DNA of 64,000 nucleotides from Candidatus Kapaibacterium sp. (GCA_963665665.1 OY762428.1:3328001-3392000); one strand, 5' to 3'. Counted from the first letter of the stretch, positions 54,962 through 63,887 are shown. Notes: generated by a model from the sequence alone, not told the origin. Numbers and translations are program-made.

Positions 54962-55166
54962 ATCTGTCTAAAAATACAAATTGCATAAAACAGATAATTT
55001 AATTTTGCCGATAATAAATTATTAGTGATTTTATTGCCGTAATATTTTATTATACAACCAAAATATTATTATTGATAAACTCATAAAAAATATATATATT
55101 TCCGTGGAAAAAAGCATTGAGAAACAACGTTTCAATATATAGTTAATAATTTTATCAGGATGAATC

Positions 55167-56057
55167 ATGCGATACCTCGATCCAAAAAACGATTTAACTT
55201 TCAAGAAGATTTTCGGTCAGAATCCCTTGCTGCTGAAAAGTTTCCTGAATGCCCTGATGCCTTTCGAGGAGGAACAATATATTGAAAGCCTTGAATATCT
55301 GAATCCTGAACTGGTTCCGGAAATACCGGTTTTAAAAAATTCCATTGTCGATGTTCGTTGTGTTGACAACAAGGGAAGGCAGTTTATAATTGAAATGCAG
55401 ATGCTCTGGACAGACAGTTTCAAGTCCAGGGTACTCTTCAATGCTTCCAAGGCTTACGTCAGCCAGATAGACAAAGGTATTAAGTTCGAATCACTATGCC
55501 CTGTTTACTCGCTAAACCTGATAAATGACATATACCTGAAGGATGATCCCGATTATTATCACCACTACAGCATAGTGAATATAGAAAACAGCTCAGAAAA
55601 AATTGACGGACTTGAGTTTATATTTATAGAGCTTCCGAAATTCAAACCTACTTCAATTACCGAGAAAAGAATGGCCGTATTGTGGCTAAGGTTTCTGACT
55701 GAATACGAAGAAAACCTTCCTGAAATTCAGGAACTCCGTGAAAGCGAAGAAATTCAGCAGGCCATCCATATTCTCGATAAATTTTCTTATTCACCAGCTG
55801 AACTTGCTGCATACGAAAAGTACTGGGACGCTGTAAGAACCGAAAGGTCAATGCTTTCCGATTCTGAAAAGAAAGGAATTGAAAAAGGTATCAAATTAGG
55901 CGAAGCTATTGGAGAAGCAAGGGGAGAAAGAAACGAAGCGGAAAAAATAGCAGTTAAAAGCATAGAAGCGGGGCTTCCCAATGAGCTGATAAGCAGGCTA
56001 ACCGGACTGACAACCGATGAATTAAGCGCACTAAAAATGAAAATGAAGAGTGAATAG
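55167..56057 (+). CDS. Rpn-family nuclease, copy 2 (296 aa)
   Basis: Same motifs as copy 1. Confidence 0.92.
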   Translation: MRYLDPKNDLTFKKIFGQNPLLLKSFLNALMPFEEEQYIESLEYLNPELVPEIPVLKNSIVDVRCVDNKGRQFIIEMQMLWTDSFKSRVLFNASKAYVSQIDKGIKFESLCPVYSLNLINDIYLKDDPDYYHHYSIVNIENSSEKIDGLEFIFIELPKFKPTSITEKRMAVLWLRFLTEYEENLPEIQELRESEEIQQAIHILDKFSYSPAELAAYEKYWDAVRTERSMLSDSEKKGIEKGIKLGEAIGEARGERNEAEKIAVKSIEAGLPNELISRLTGLTTDELSALKMKMKSE

Positions 56058-56262
56058 GTCTGTCTAAAAATACAAATTGCATAGAACAGATAATTTAATT
56101 TTGCCGATAATAAATTATTAGGGATTTTATTGCCGTAATATTTTATTATACAACCAAAATATTATTATTGATAAACTCATAAAAAATATATATATTTCCG
56201 TGGAAATAAGCATTGAGAAACAACGTTTCAATATATAGTTAATAATATTATCAGGATGAATC

Positions 56263-57189
56263 ATGCGATACCTGGATCCAAAAAACGATTTAACTTTCAA
56301 GAAGATTTTCGGTCAGAATCCCTTGCTGCTGAAAAGCTTTCTGAATGCCCTGATGCCTTTCGAAGAGGAACAATATATTGAAAGCCTTGAATATCTGAAT
56401 CCTGAACTGGTTCCGGAAATACCGGTTTTAAAAAATTCCATTGTCGATGTTCGTTGTGTTGACAACAAGGGAAGACAGTTTATAATTGAAATGCAGATGC
56501 TCTGGACAGACAGTTTCAAGTCCAGGGTGCTCTTCAATGCTTCCAAGGCTTATGTCAGCCAGATAGACAAAGGTATTAAGTTCGAATCACTATGCCCTGT
56601 TTACTCGCTAAACCTGATAAATGACATATACCTGAAGGATGATCCCGATTATTATCACCACTACAGCATAGTGAATATAGAAAACAGCGCAGAAAAGATT
56701 GACGGACTTGAGTTTATATTTATTGAGCTTCCGAAATTCAAACCTACTTCAATTACCGAGAAAAGAATGGCCGTATTGTGGCTAAGGTTTCTGACTGAAT
56801 ACGAAGAAAACCTTCCTGAAATACAGGAATTACGTGAAAGCGAAGAAATTCAGCAGGCTATCCATATTCTCGATAAATTTTCTTATTCACCGGCTGAACT
56901 TGCTGCATACGAAAAGTACTGGGACGCTGTAAGAACCGAAAGGTCAATGCTTTCCGATTCTGAAAAGAAAGGAATTGAAAAAGGTATCAAATTAGGCGAA
57001 GCTATTGGAGAAGCAAGAGGAGAAGCAAGAGGAGAAGAAATTGGAATAAAAAAAGGAGAAAGAAACGAAGCGGAAAAAATTGCAGTTAAAAGCATAGAAG
57101 CGGGGCTTCCCAATGAACTGATAAGCAGGCTAACCGGACTGACAGCCGATGAATTAAGCGCACTAAAAATGAAAATGAAGAATGAATAG
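56263..57189 (+). CDS. Rpn-family nuclease, copy 3 (308 aa)
   Basis: Same motifs as copy 1. Confidence 0.92.
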   Translation: MRYLDPKNDLTFKKIFGQNPLLLKSFLNALMPFEEEQYIESLEYLNPELVPEIPVLKNSIVDVRCVDNKGRQFIIEMQMLWTDSFKSRVLFNASKAYVSQIDKGIKFESLCPVYSLNLINDIYLKDDPDYYHHYSIVNIENSAEKIDGLEFIFIELPKFKPTSITEKRMAVLWLRFLTEYEENLPEIQELRESEEIQQAIHILDKFSYSPAELAAYEKYWDAVRTERSMLSDSEKKGIEKGIKLGEAIGEARGEARGEEIGIKKGERNEAEKIAVKSIEAGLPNELISRLTGLTADELSALKMKMKNE

Positions 57190-57393
57190 ATCTGTCTAAA
57201 AATACAATTGCATAAAACAGATAATTTAATTTTGCCGATAATAAATTATTAGTGATTTTTTTGCCGTAATATTTTCTTATACAACCCAAATATTATTATT
57301 GATAAACTCATAAAAAATATATATATTTCCGTGCAAATAAGCTTTGAGAAACAACGTTTCAGTATATAGTCAGTAATATTATCAGGATGAATC

Positions 57394-58296
57394 ATGCGAT
57401 ACCTGGATCCTAAAAACGATTTAACTTTCAAGAAGATTTTCGGTCAGAATCCCTTGCTGCTGAAAAGCTTTCTGAATGCCCTGATGCCTTTCGAAGAGGA
57501 ACAATATATTGAAAGCCTTGAATATCTGAATCCTGAACTGGTTCCGGAAATACCGGTTTTAAAAAATTCCATTGTCGATGTTCGATGTGTTGACAACAAC
57601 GGAAGACAGTTCATAATTGAAATGCAGATGCTCTGGACAGACAGTTTCAAGTCCAGGGTACTCTTCAATGCTTCCAAGGCTTACGTCAGCCAGATAGACA
57701 AAGGTATTAAGTTCGAATCACTATGCCCTGTTTACTCGCTAAACCTGATAAATGACATATACCTGAAGGATGATCCCGATTATTATCACCACTACAGCAT
57801 AGTGAATATAGAAAACAGCGCAGAAAAGATTGACGGACTTGAGTTTATATTTATTGAACTCCCGAAATTCAAACCTACTTCAATTACAGAAAAAAGAATG
57901 GCCGTCCTCTGGCTAAGGTTTCTGACTGAATACGAAGAAAACCTTCCTGAAATACAGGAATTACGTGAAAGCGAAGAAATTCAGCAGGCCATCCTTATTC
58001 TCGATAAATTTTCTTATTCACCGGCTGAACTTGCTGCATACGAAAAGTACTGGGACGCTGTAAGAACCGAAAGGTCAATGCTTTCCGATTCTGAAAAGAA
58101 AGGAATTGAAAAAGGTATTAAATTGGGCGAAGCTATTGGAGAAGCAAGGGGGGAAGCCAGAGGTGAAAGAAACGAAGCCGAGAAAATAGCAGTTAAAAGC
58201 ATAGAAGCGGGGCTTCCTAATGAACTGATATGCAGGCTAACCGGACTGACAGCCGATGAATTAAGCGCACTGAAAATGAAAATGAAGAATATATAG
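57394..58296 (+). CDS. Rpn-family nuclease, copy 4 (300 aa)
   Basis: Same motifs as copy 1. Confidence 0.92.
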   Translation: MRYLDPKNDLTFKKIFGQNPLLLKSFLNALMPFEEEQYIESLEYLNPELVPEIPVLKNSIVDVRCVDNNGRQFIIEMQMLWTDSFKSRVLFNASKAYVSQIDKGIKFESLCPVYSLNLINDIYLKDDPDYYHHYSIVNIENSAEKIDGLEFIFIELPKFKPTSITEKRMAVLWLRFLTEYEENLPEIQELRESEEIQQAILILDKFSYSPAELAAYEKYWDAVRTERSMLSDSEKKGIEKGIKLGEAIGEARGEARGERNEAEKIAVKSIEAGLPNELICRLTGLTADELSALKMKMKNI

Positions 58297-58297
58297 A

Positions 58298-58410
58298 TTA
58301 CTTCACAACAACAAGTTTCTTCGAAATGCTTTTTCCTTCGTAATTTATCACAAGAAAATAAATACCCGAGGCAAAGGAGGATAAATCAATATTTTTAGAA
58401 TAGCTGCCAT
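58298..58410 (-). pseudogene. Remnant 3' end of a T9SS cargo gene
   Basis: GSYSKNIDLSSFASGIYFLVINYEGKSISKKLVVVK* is a typical CTD end with no gene body. Confidence 0.75.
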
Positions 58411-58667
58411 TCATAGTATTCGTAATCACCTTTAGCTTCGAAAGTAACCCGATCCAAAACCAAAATTGTATCTGTATAATAATTGAAATAAATCTTTTTG
58501 ATTTTATCATATCCATTAAAATATATATCAAAATCAGCAGTTACAGGTGTTTTGCCCTCGCAGGGATCCGGTTCAACCTTCACCGGGTCGTCCGGGCAGG
58601 CGGTAAGCAGCCACATCAGTGGCAAAACCACCGCGAAGTAATAATATCTGAATTTATTTGGTTTCAT
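58395..58667 (-). pseudogene. Truncated third copy of the tandem lipoprotein
   Basis: Same N-terminus as 58664..59440; breaks off after YEYYEWQL. Confidence 0.85.
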
Positions 58668-59440
58668 TGTTTCACTCCTATGAAAGTATATTCTTTCCTG
58701 TCGTCGTAAGGGCCGGCTTCGTAGTTTACAATAAGCGTCTTATTATCCGCCTGGAGTTCGGCATAGCCGTCAGGCGACTGACATCCGTAACTATAGCAAT
58801 AATCGCTTTTCATAATCGCATATTTATTCAGCCAGCTAATGCTTACAATATTTCCATTGATATTTTCAGGCATAAAAAAACCTCTGTTAATATTGTAAAT
58901 TATCAGGCCTTTAAGCATACCTTCATATTTGACATCAACCCTAAATGTATCAAGAGTATCAGAAGTATGATAACCAAGATAGGAACCAATAATCGCAGCA
59001 GAGTCCAATTCAACTACTGTTATTGTTTTATATACGGTGTCAATTCCGTCGTCGGCGGGGAAGCATAATGTATCAGGCGGATTTTTAACAATAAGCCGCA
59101 TTTTTAATTCGCCCCAGGCTTCTTTGAACTGGAAAATTTCGATTTTATCATTATATATTGTAGGATCATCGCCGAGCTGCCATTCATAGTATTCGTAATC
59201 GCCTTTGGCTTCGAAAGTAATACGATTATAAACCAAAGCAGTATCTGTATGATACTTAAAATAACTCTTTTCAATAACATCATAAGCTATGGTGGAAATA
59301 TCAAAATCAGCAGTTACAGGTGTTTTACCCTCGCATGGGTCCGGTTCAACCTTCACCGGGTCGTCCGGGCAGGCGGTAAGCAGCCACATCAGTGGCAAAA
59401 CCACCGCGAAGTAATAATATCTGAATTTATTTGGTTTCAT
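58664..59440 (-). CDS. Lipoprotein with PKD-like domain, copy 2
   Basis: Lipobox LTAC; VTADF, YEWQLGD; paralogue of 59437..60216. Confidence 0.85.
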   Translation of the reverse strand: MKPNKFRYYYFAVVLPLMWLLTACPDDPVKVEPDPCEGKTPVTADFDISTIAYDVIEKSYFKYHTDTALVYNRITFEAKGDYEYYEWQLGDDPTIYNDKIEIFQFKEAWGELKMRLIVKNPPDTLCFPADDGIDTVYKTITVVELDSAAIIGSYLGYHTSDTLDTFRVDVKYEGMLKGLIIYNINRGFFMPENINGNIVSISWLNKYAIMKSDYCYSYGCQSPDGYAELQADNKTLIVNYEAGPYDDRKEYTFIGVKQ

Positions 59441-60216
59441 TGTTTCACTCCTATGAAAGTATATTCTTTCCTGTCGTCGTATGGGCCGGCCTCGTAGTTT
59501 ACAATAAGTGTTTTATTATCCTCCCGGAGTTCGGCATATCCGTCGGGTGACTGGCTTCCGAAACCATAACAGTAATCGCTTTTCATAATCGCATATTTAT
59601 TTTCCCAACGAATCTGAACAATATTTCCATTGATATTCTCAGGTAAATGAAAACCCCGATTAATGTTGTAAAATACAAGCCCCCTATCCATACCTTCATA
59701 TTTGACATCAACCCTAAATGTATCAAGAGTATCAGAAGTATGATAGCCGATATAGGAACCAATAATCGCGGCTGAATCCCTTTCAATAACTGTTATTGTT
59801 TTGTAAACTGTATCAATTCCGTCGTCATCGGGAAAGCATAATGTATCAGGCGGATTTTTTACAATTAGCCGCATTTTTAATTCACCCCAGGGATTTTTAA
59901 ATCTAAATAATTGTTGATCTCCGGTATAAATTGTGGGATCATCTCCGAGCTGCCACTCGTAGTACTCGTAATCGCCTTTTGCTTCAAAAATAACATAATT
60001 TGATTTTAAAACTGTATCGCTATGATAATAAAAGTTGGATTTACTAATAGCATCATACATTTTCATATATATATCAAAATCAGCAGTTACAGGTGTTTTA
60101 CCCTCGCAGGGATCCGGTTCAACCTTCACCGGGTCGTCCGGGCAGGCGGTAAGGCTGAACATGAGAATAGAAAATAATAATATCTTAAAAATATTTTTGG
60201 TATCGGATAAAAACAT
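59437..60216 (-). CDS. Lipoprotein with PKD-like domain, copy 1
   Basis: Lipobox LTAC; GAGG SD; ATGA overlap with the next copy. Confidence 0.85.
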   Translation of the reverse strand: MFLSDTKNIFKILLFSILMFSLTACPDDPVKVEPDPCEGKTPVTADFDIYMKMYDAISKSNFYYHSDTVLKSNYVIFEAKGDYEYYEWQLGDDPTIYTGDQQLFRFKNPWGELKMRLIVKNPPDTLCFPDDDGIDTVYKTITVIERDSAAIIGSYIGYHTSDTLDTFRVDVKYEGMDRGLVFYNINRGFHLPENINGNIVQIRWENKYAIMKSDYCYGFGSQSPDGYAELREDNKTLIVNYEAGPYDDRKEYTFIGVKQ

Positions 60217-60499
60217 AAAATCCTCAAAAAATTAATGATCAAAACATATCAAATTCCTCAATCCGAAATTGAATGAATTAATAAGCGGGATCCCCGGCAT
60301 TCCCTCAAAACCATTAGTACCAATTGAGATATTAACAGCTACATGTAAGTTAAAGATTTTTATTTTAATAATCAAGAGCCTGGTAAAATAAATTCACTAT
60401 ATTACTCCCGGGTTGTAATCGAAATTACTACACCTAAGAAATAAGATATCTGAAAGGGCCAGAGCTTCATAATTCCAAAGTAGAACTTTGCATGAAATA

Positions 60500-60528
60500 C
60501 TCCTTCCCAAGCCCCGCTTGGGAAGGAG
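60500..60528. repeat. Perfect 13-bp-stem hairpin
   Basis: CTCCTTCCCAAGC CCC GCTTGGGAAGGAG. Confidence 0.75.
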
Positions 60529-60589
60529 GGGAAACTCCCTCTCCAGCACTCTCCCTCCATTCTTCCACTTTAATGAATCGAATAATTTC

Positions 60590-60967
60590 CTTGTTTCAAT
60601 GCTGTTTTGAACCAGAATCCTGATGTTTGGGCTAATCGCTTTGCTGTCGGGGCTTTAAACTGCTATGTCCGGAGGTATTGAAGCATTGTTTGGCCTTATT
60701 GTAGTGAAATCCGGCCTAATTGCTTGCTTGTTCCGCCTTACTGCTCACTTGTTCTGCCTTATTGCTTGCTTGTTCCGCCTTACTGCTCACTTGTTCTGCC
60801 CTATTGCTTGCTTGTTCTGCCTCATTGATGTCTTGTTCCGCTTCATTGCTCACTTGTTATGCCTCATTGATGTCTTGTTTCGCTTCATTACTTGCTTGTT
60901 CCGCCTTATTGAAGTCTTGTTCTGCTTCATTGCTTGCTTGTTCCGCCTCGTTGCTTGCTTGTTTGGC
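60590..60967 (-). repeat. 21-bp tandem array, left (12 conserved units at 60716-60967 plus ~6 degenerate)
   Basis: Minus-strand unit GCRGAACAAG-NNNN-CAAT-NNN. Confidence 0.92.
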
Positions 60968-60997
60968 ATTGAAATCCCAAAGGTAGAGATGAATTAA

Positions 60998-61490
60998 GTC
61001 TTTAGATATAACTAATAATCAAATATATAGCCCAAAATATTAAATATTATACTAATTTTAATAAATATATAGTATTTATAATAATTTATATAATATATCC
61101 AAGTCTTAATATAGTTCATCTAACAAAACTTTTTATATAAATAACTAAATATCTTATACATATAATTAAATAATTGGTATGATTTATTAAATTAGTATTA
61201 TAGACTATTAAATATTAGTATTAACCTATTAATTAATCAGTATATCTAATTTGTTAAAACAATTAAATATATACTTGGATACTCAATATATTTTATAAAA
61301 GAAGAAAGAGAATTTATAAGAAATAGTGATTAATGTCTTGTATAAATTATTTATTTGATTAGTTATATTATTAATATTGTAATTCTATATAATTATTTAA
61401 TAATTCAATAAATATATTTACTACAAATACTTAAATATTTACTAATTCTTATGATATATTTTATTATTCAAGTATTATAAATTATTCAAT
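60998..61490. other. Extremely AT-rich non-coding core
   Basis: Hand count of about 60 G+C in the 460 nt from 61021 to 61480 (~13% GC); no ORF. Confidence 0.9.
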
Positions 61491-61536
61491 CAGCAAAATA
61501 TTTCGGATTCCAACGCTACACAAGCAATCATTACCA

Positions 61537-62444
61537 CCGACCAAGGCAGCAATGACTCCGACCCCTCCCAAACCCTCCCCGAAGGAGAGGGCTTTGAAGA
61601 AGAATAAAGCAACAATAGAATCAAACATTGGTTCTTTGCTTTCGAACATTGGTGCATTGACTCCAACCAAGGCAGCAATAAAATCAAACATCGGTGCAAT
61701 GGCGTCAAACAAGGCGGCAATAACTTAAAACATCTATGCAATAACTCCGACCCCTCCCAAACCCTCCCCGAAGGAGAGGGCTTTGAAGAAGAATAAAGCA
61801 GCAATAGAATAAACCATTGGTTCTTTGCTTTTGACCAAGGCAGCAATGACTTCGACCAAGGCAGCAATGACTCCGACCCCTCCCAAACCCTCCCCGAAGG
61901 AGAGGGCTTTGAAGTAAAACAAGGCAGCAATAGAATAAACCATTGGTTCTTTGCTTCCGAACAAGGCAACAATGGTTTAGACCAAGGCGGCAATAACTTC
62001 AAACATCTATGCAATGACTCCGACCCCTCCCAAACCCTCCCCGAAGGAGAGGGCTTTGAAGAAGAATAAAGCAGCAATAGAATAAACCATTGGTTCTTTG
62101 CTTCCGACCAAGGCAGCAATTGAATAAAACATTTGTGCAATAGCGTCGACCATTGGTACATTGCTTTCGATACTTCCTACCTCCTCCCGCCCCCCTCCTT
62201 CGGAAGGAGGGGGAGTTAATTCTATGTTATTTAACTTCTTATCCCCTCCTAAAGTAGGAGGGGAATACAGGGGTGGTTTTCTTGCTTTGATTTGGAACAA
62301 GGCGTTATTATCTTCAAACAAAGCAGCAATAACTTCGAACAAGGCGGCAATGGCGTCAAACAAGGCAGCAATTGAATAAAACATTAGTGCAATGACTCCG
62401 ACCCCTCCCAAACCCTCCCCGAAGGAGAGGGCTTTGAAGAAGAA
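61537..62444 (+). repeat. 21-bp tandem array, right, with five identical 42-bp hairpin inserts and one 126-bp insert
   Basis: Units like TCGAACAAGGCGGCAATGGCG; inserts start at 61558, 61747, 61873, 62020, 62398; 126-bp insert at 62167-62292. Confidence 0.92.
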
Positions 62445-62521
62445 TGAACGGCTTCCTTTAAAAAAAACAGCGATTTAAGGTGAAATAATCTTAACTTGCA
62501 AAAAATCAAAAGGAGCATCAA

Positions 62522-62809
62522 ATGGCAAACAAACGAAGAAATTACAGTTCAAAATTCAAAATGCAGGTAGCCCTGGAGGCAGTCCAAGAGAGAAAAACAA
62601 TAACCGAGCTGGCATCGGAGTACGGGGTTCATCCAAACCAGATAAGCATGTGGAAAAAGCATTTAAAAGAAAGTGAAAAGGAAGTATTTGAAAACAAGCG
62701 TGGGCCAGGGAAGAATAAAAAAGAAAAAGACGAATCAGTATTATATGAAGAAATAGGCCGGCTAAAAATTGAATTAGACTGGTTAAAAAAAAAATTGGGA
62801 CGTGAGTAA
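62522..62809 (+). CDS. IS3 transposase OrfA (HTH)
   Basis: RRNYSSKFK.QVALEA...ELASEYGVHPNQI..WKK...ELDWLKKK; AAGGAG SD. Confidence 0.92.
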   Translation: MANKRRNYSSKFKMQVALEAVQERKTITELASEYGVHPNQISMWKKHLKESEKEVFENKRGPGKNKKEKDESVLYEEIGRLKIELDWLKKKLGRE

Positions 62810-63647
62810 AGAAGAACGCAGGAAGATGGTAGATGCTGATAATAAAGAAATTAGCATAAGCCGGCAGTGCGAGCTTTTGGGTATTAGCAGGAGCTGTTAT
62901 TATTACAAACCCAAGGGTGAAAGTGAAGCAAATATTCTATATATGAAGCTGATCAAAGAACAATTCGCGATTACTCCATTTTATGGAGCCAGAAAAATGA
63001 CAGCACACTTACGTTCTTTGGGATACCATGTTAACTATAAACGAATCAGGCGATTAATGAAATTATTGGGACTTCGGGCAATATATCCCCAACCGGACAC
63101 GAGCAAACCGAACAAGGAGCACAAAATTTATCCATACCTGTTGAGGGATATGAAAATAAGTCGTCCGGATCAGGTTTGGAGCCTGGATATAACATATATT
63201 CCGATGCGTAAAGGATTTATGTATCTTATAGCAATTATAGATGTTTATAGCAGGTATATCGTCGACTGGGAATTATCGAATAACCTTGAGAAGGAGTTCT
63301 GCATAGATACAATAAAAAGGTCTTTGAAAACCAGGAAACCGGAAATAACAAACACGGATCAGGGCAGTCAGTTCACGAGCAATGATTTTGTGAAAACGAT
63401 TCTGGATGCTGATGTTAAGGTAAGCATGGACGGCAAGGGCCGCGCCTTGGACAATGTTTACATAGAACGCTTCTGGCGGAGCTTTAAATACGAAGACCTG
63501 TATCTGAAGTCTTACGAAGACGGAAAAGAGCTCTATGGCGGTATAAAGGCTTATGTCGATTGGTATAACAACACGAGGCCGCACGCAGGAATTGAATACC
63601 AGATTCCGGCTGAAAAATATATGAACGAACAGCGGTTCGTTAATTGA
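62802..63647 (+). CDS. IS3 transposase OrfB (DDE integrase core)
   Basis: WSLDITY, IDVYSR, NTDQGSQF, DNVYIERFW. Confidence 0.95.
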   Translation: MSKEERRKMVDADNKEISISRQCELLGISRSCYYYKPKGESEANILYMKLIKEQFAITPFYGARKMTAHLRSLGYHVNYKRIRRLMKLLGLRAIYPQPDTSKPNKEHKIYPYLLRDMKISRPDQVWSLDITYIPMRKGFMYLIAIIDVYSRYIVDWELSNNLEKEFCIDTIKRSLKTRKPEITNTDQGSQFTSNDFVKTILDADVKVSMDGKGRALDNVYIERFWRSFKYEDLYLKSYEDGKELYGGIKAYVDWYNNTRPHAGIEYQIPAEKYMNEQRFVN

Positions 63648-63887
63648 AAACTTTGTTGGAAAAGTGAAAAAATGCAATCCGGTAAGCAATTGATAAAAAA
63701 AGAAATAGAAAGGAGAGTGAAAGTTATCCACAATTTCCAGGTTGTTAACAAAAAGAAAAAAAAGTAGCAAAAAAAAGAAAAATTAATATTATTACATATT
63801 TTTTTCTTATTTTATTAGAGAAGAAGTATAGATTAATAAACACCATAAACTATACTTTTATTTGTCTAAGCAATAGGGAGCATTTCA

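Larger units (their letters stand above)
53925..58296 (+). repeat. Four-copy tandem amplification of a ~1.1-kb Rpn unit (periods 1120, 1096, 1131 bp)
   Basis: Genes and 204-205-bp spacers are near identical. Confidence 0.95.
62445..63887 (+). mobile_element. IS3-family insertion sequence (1443 bp) with 3-bp GAA target duplication
   Basis: TG...CA ends with imperfect IRs (TGAACGGCTTCCT vs TGAAATGCTCCCT); GAA at 62442-62444 and 63888-63890; interrupts a repeat unit. Confidence 0.9.

Noticed and set aside
53925-58296. Rpn tandem as a pure assembly artefact
   Set aside because: Copies carry distinct, mostly synonymous SNP sets, distinct tails and unique outer junctions; long reads are still needed for proof
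58395-60216. Diversity-generating retroelement target/template pair
   Set aside because: Differences involve all four bases and several windows; no reverse transcriptase or non-coding template repeat seen
60665-62411. ORFs in the 21-bp arrays (110, 88, 76, 223, 76, 134, 72 aa)
   Set aside because: Overlapping frames on both strands with implausible composition and scattered stops; most likely by-products of the repeat, though a decayed heptad-repeat gene cannot be fully excluded
61558-62439. CRISPR array (identical 42-bp hairpin repeats next to an AT-rich leader-like region)
   Set aside because: Intervening segments are 84-336 bp and built from related 21-bp units rather than unique spacers; no cas genes in the window
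63724-63732. Perfect DnaA box TTATCCACA suggesting oriC near the AT-rich core
   Set aside because: Single box located inside the IS3 right end; no box cluster or dnaA/dnaN nearby
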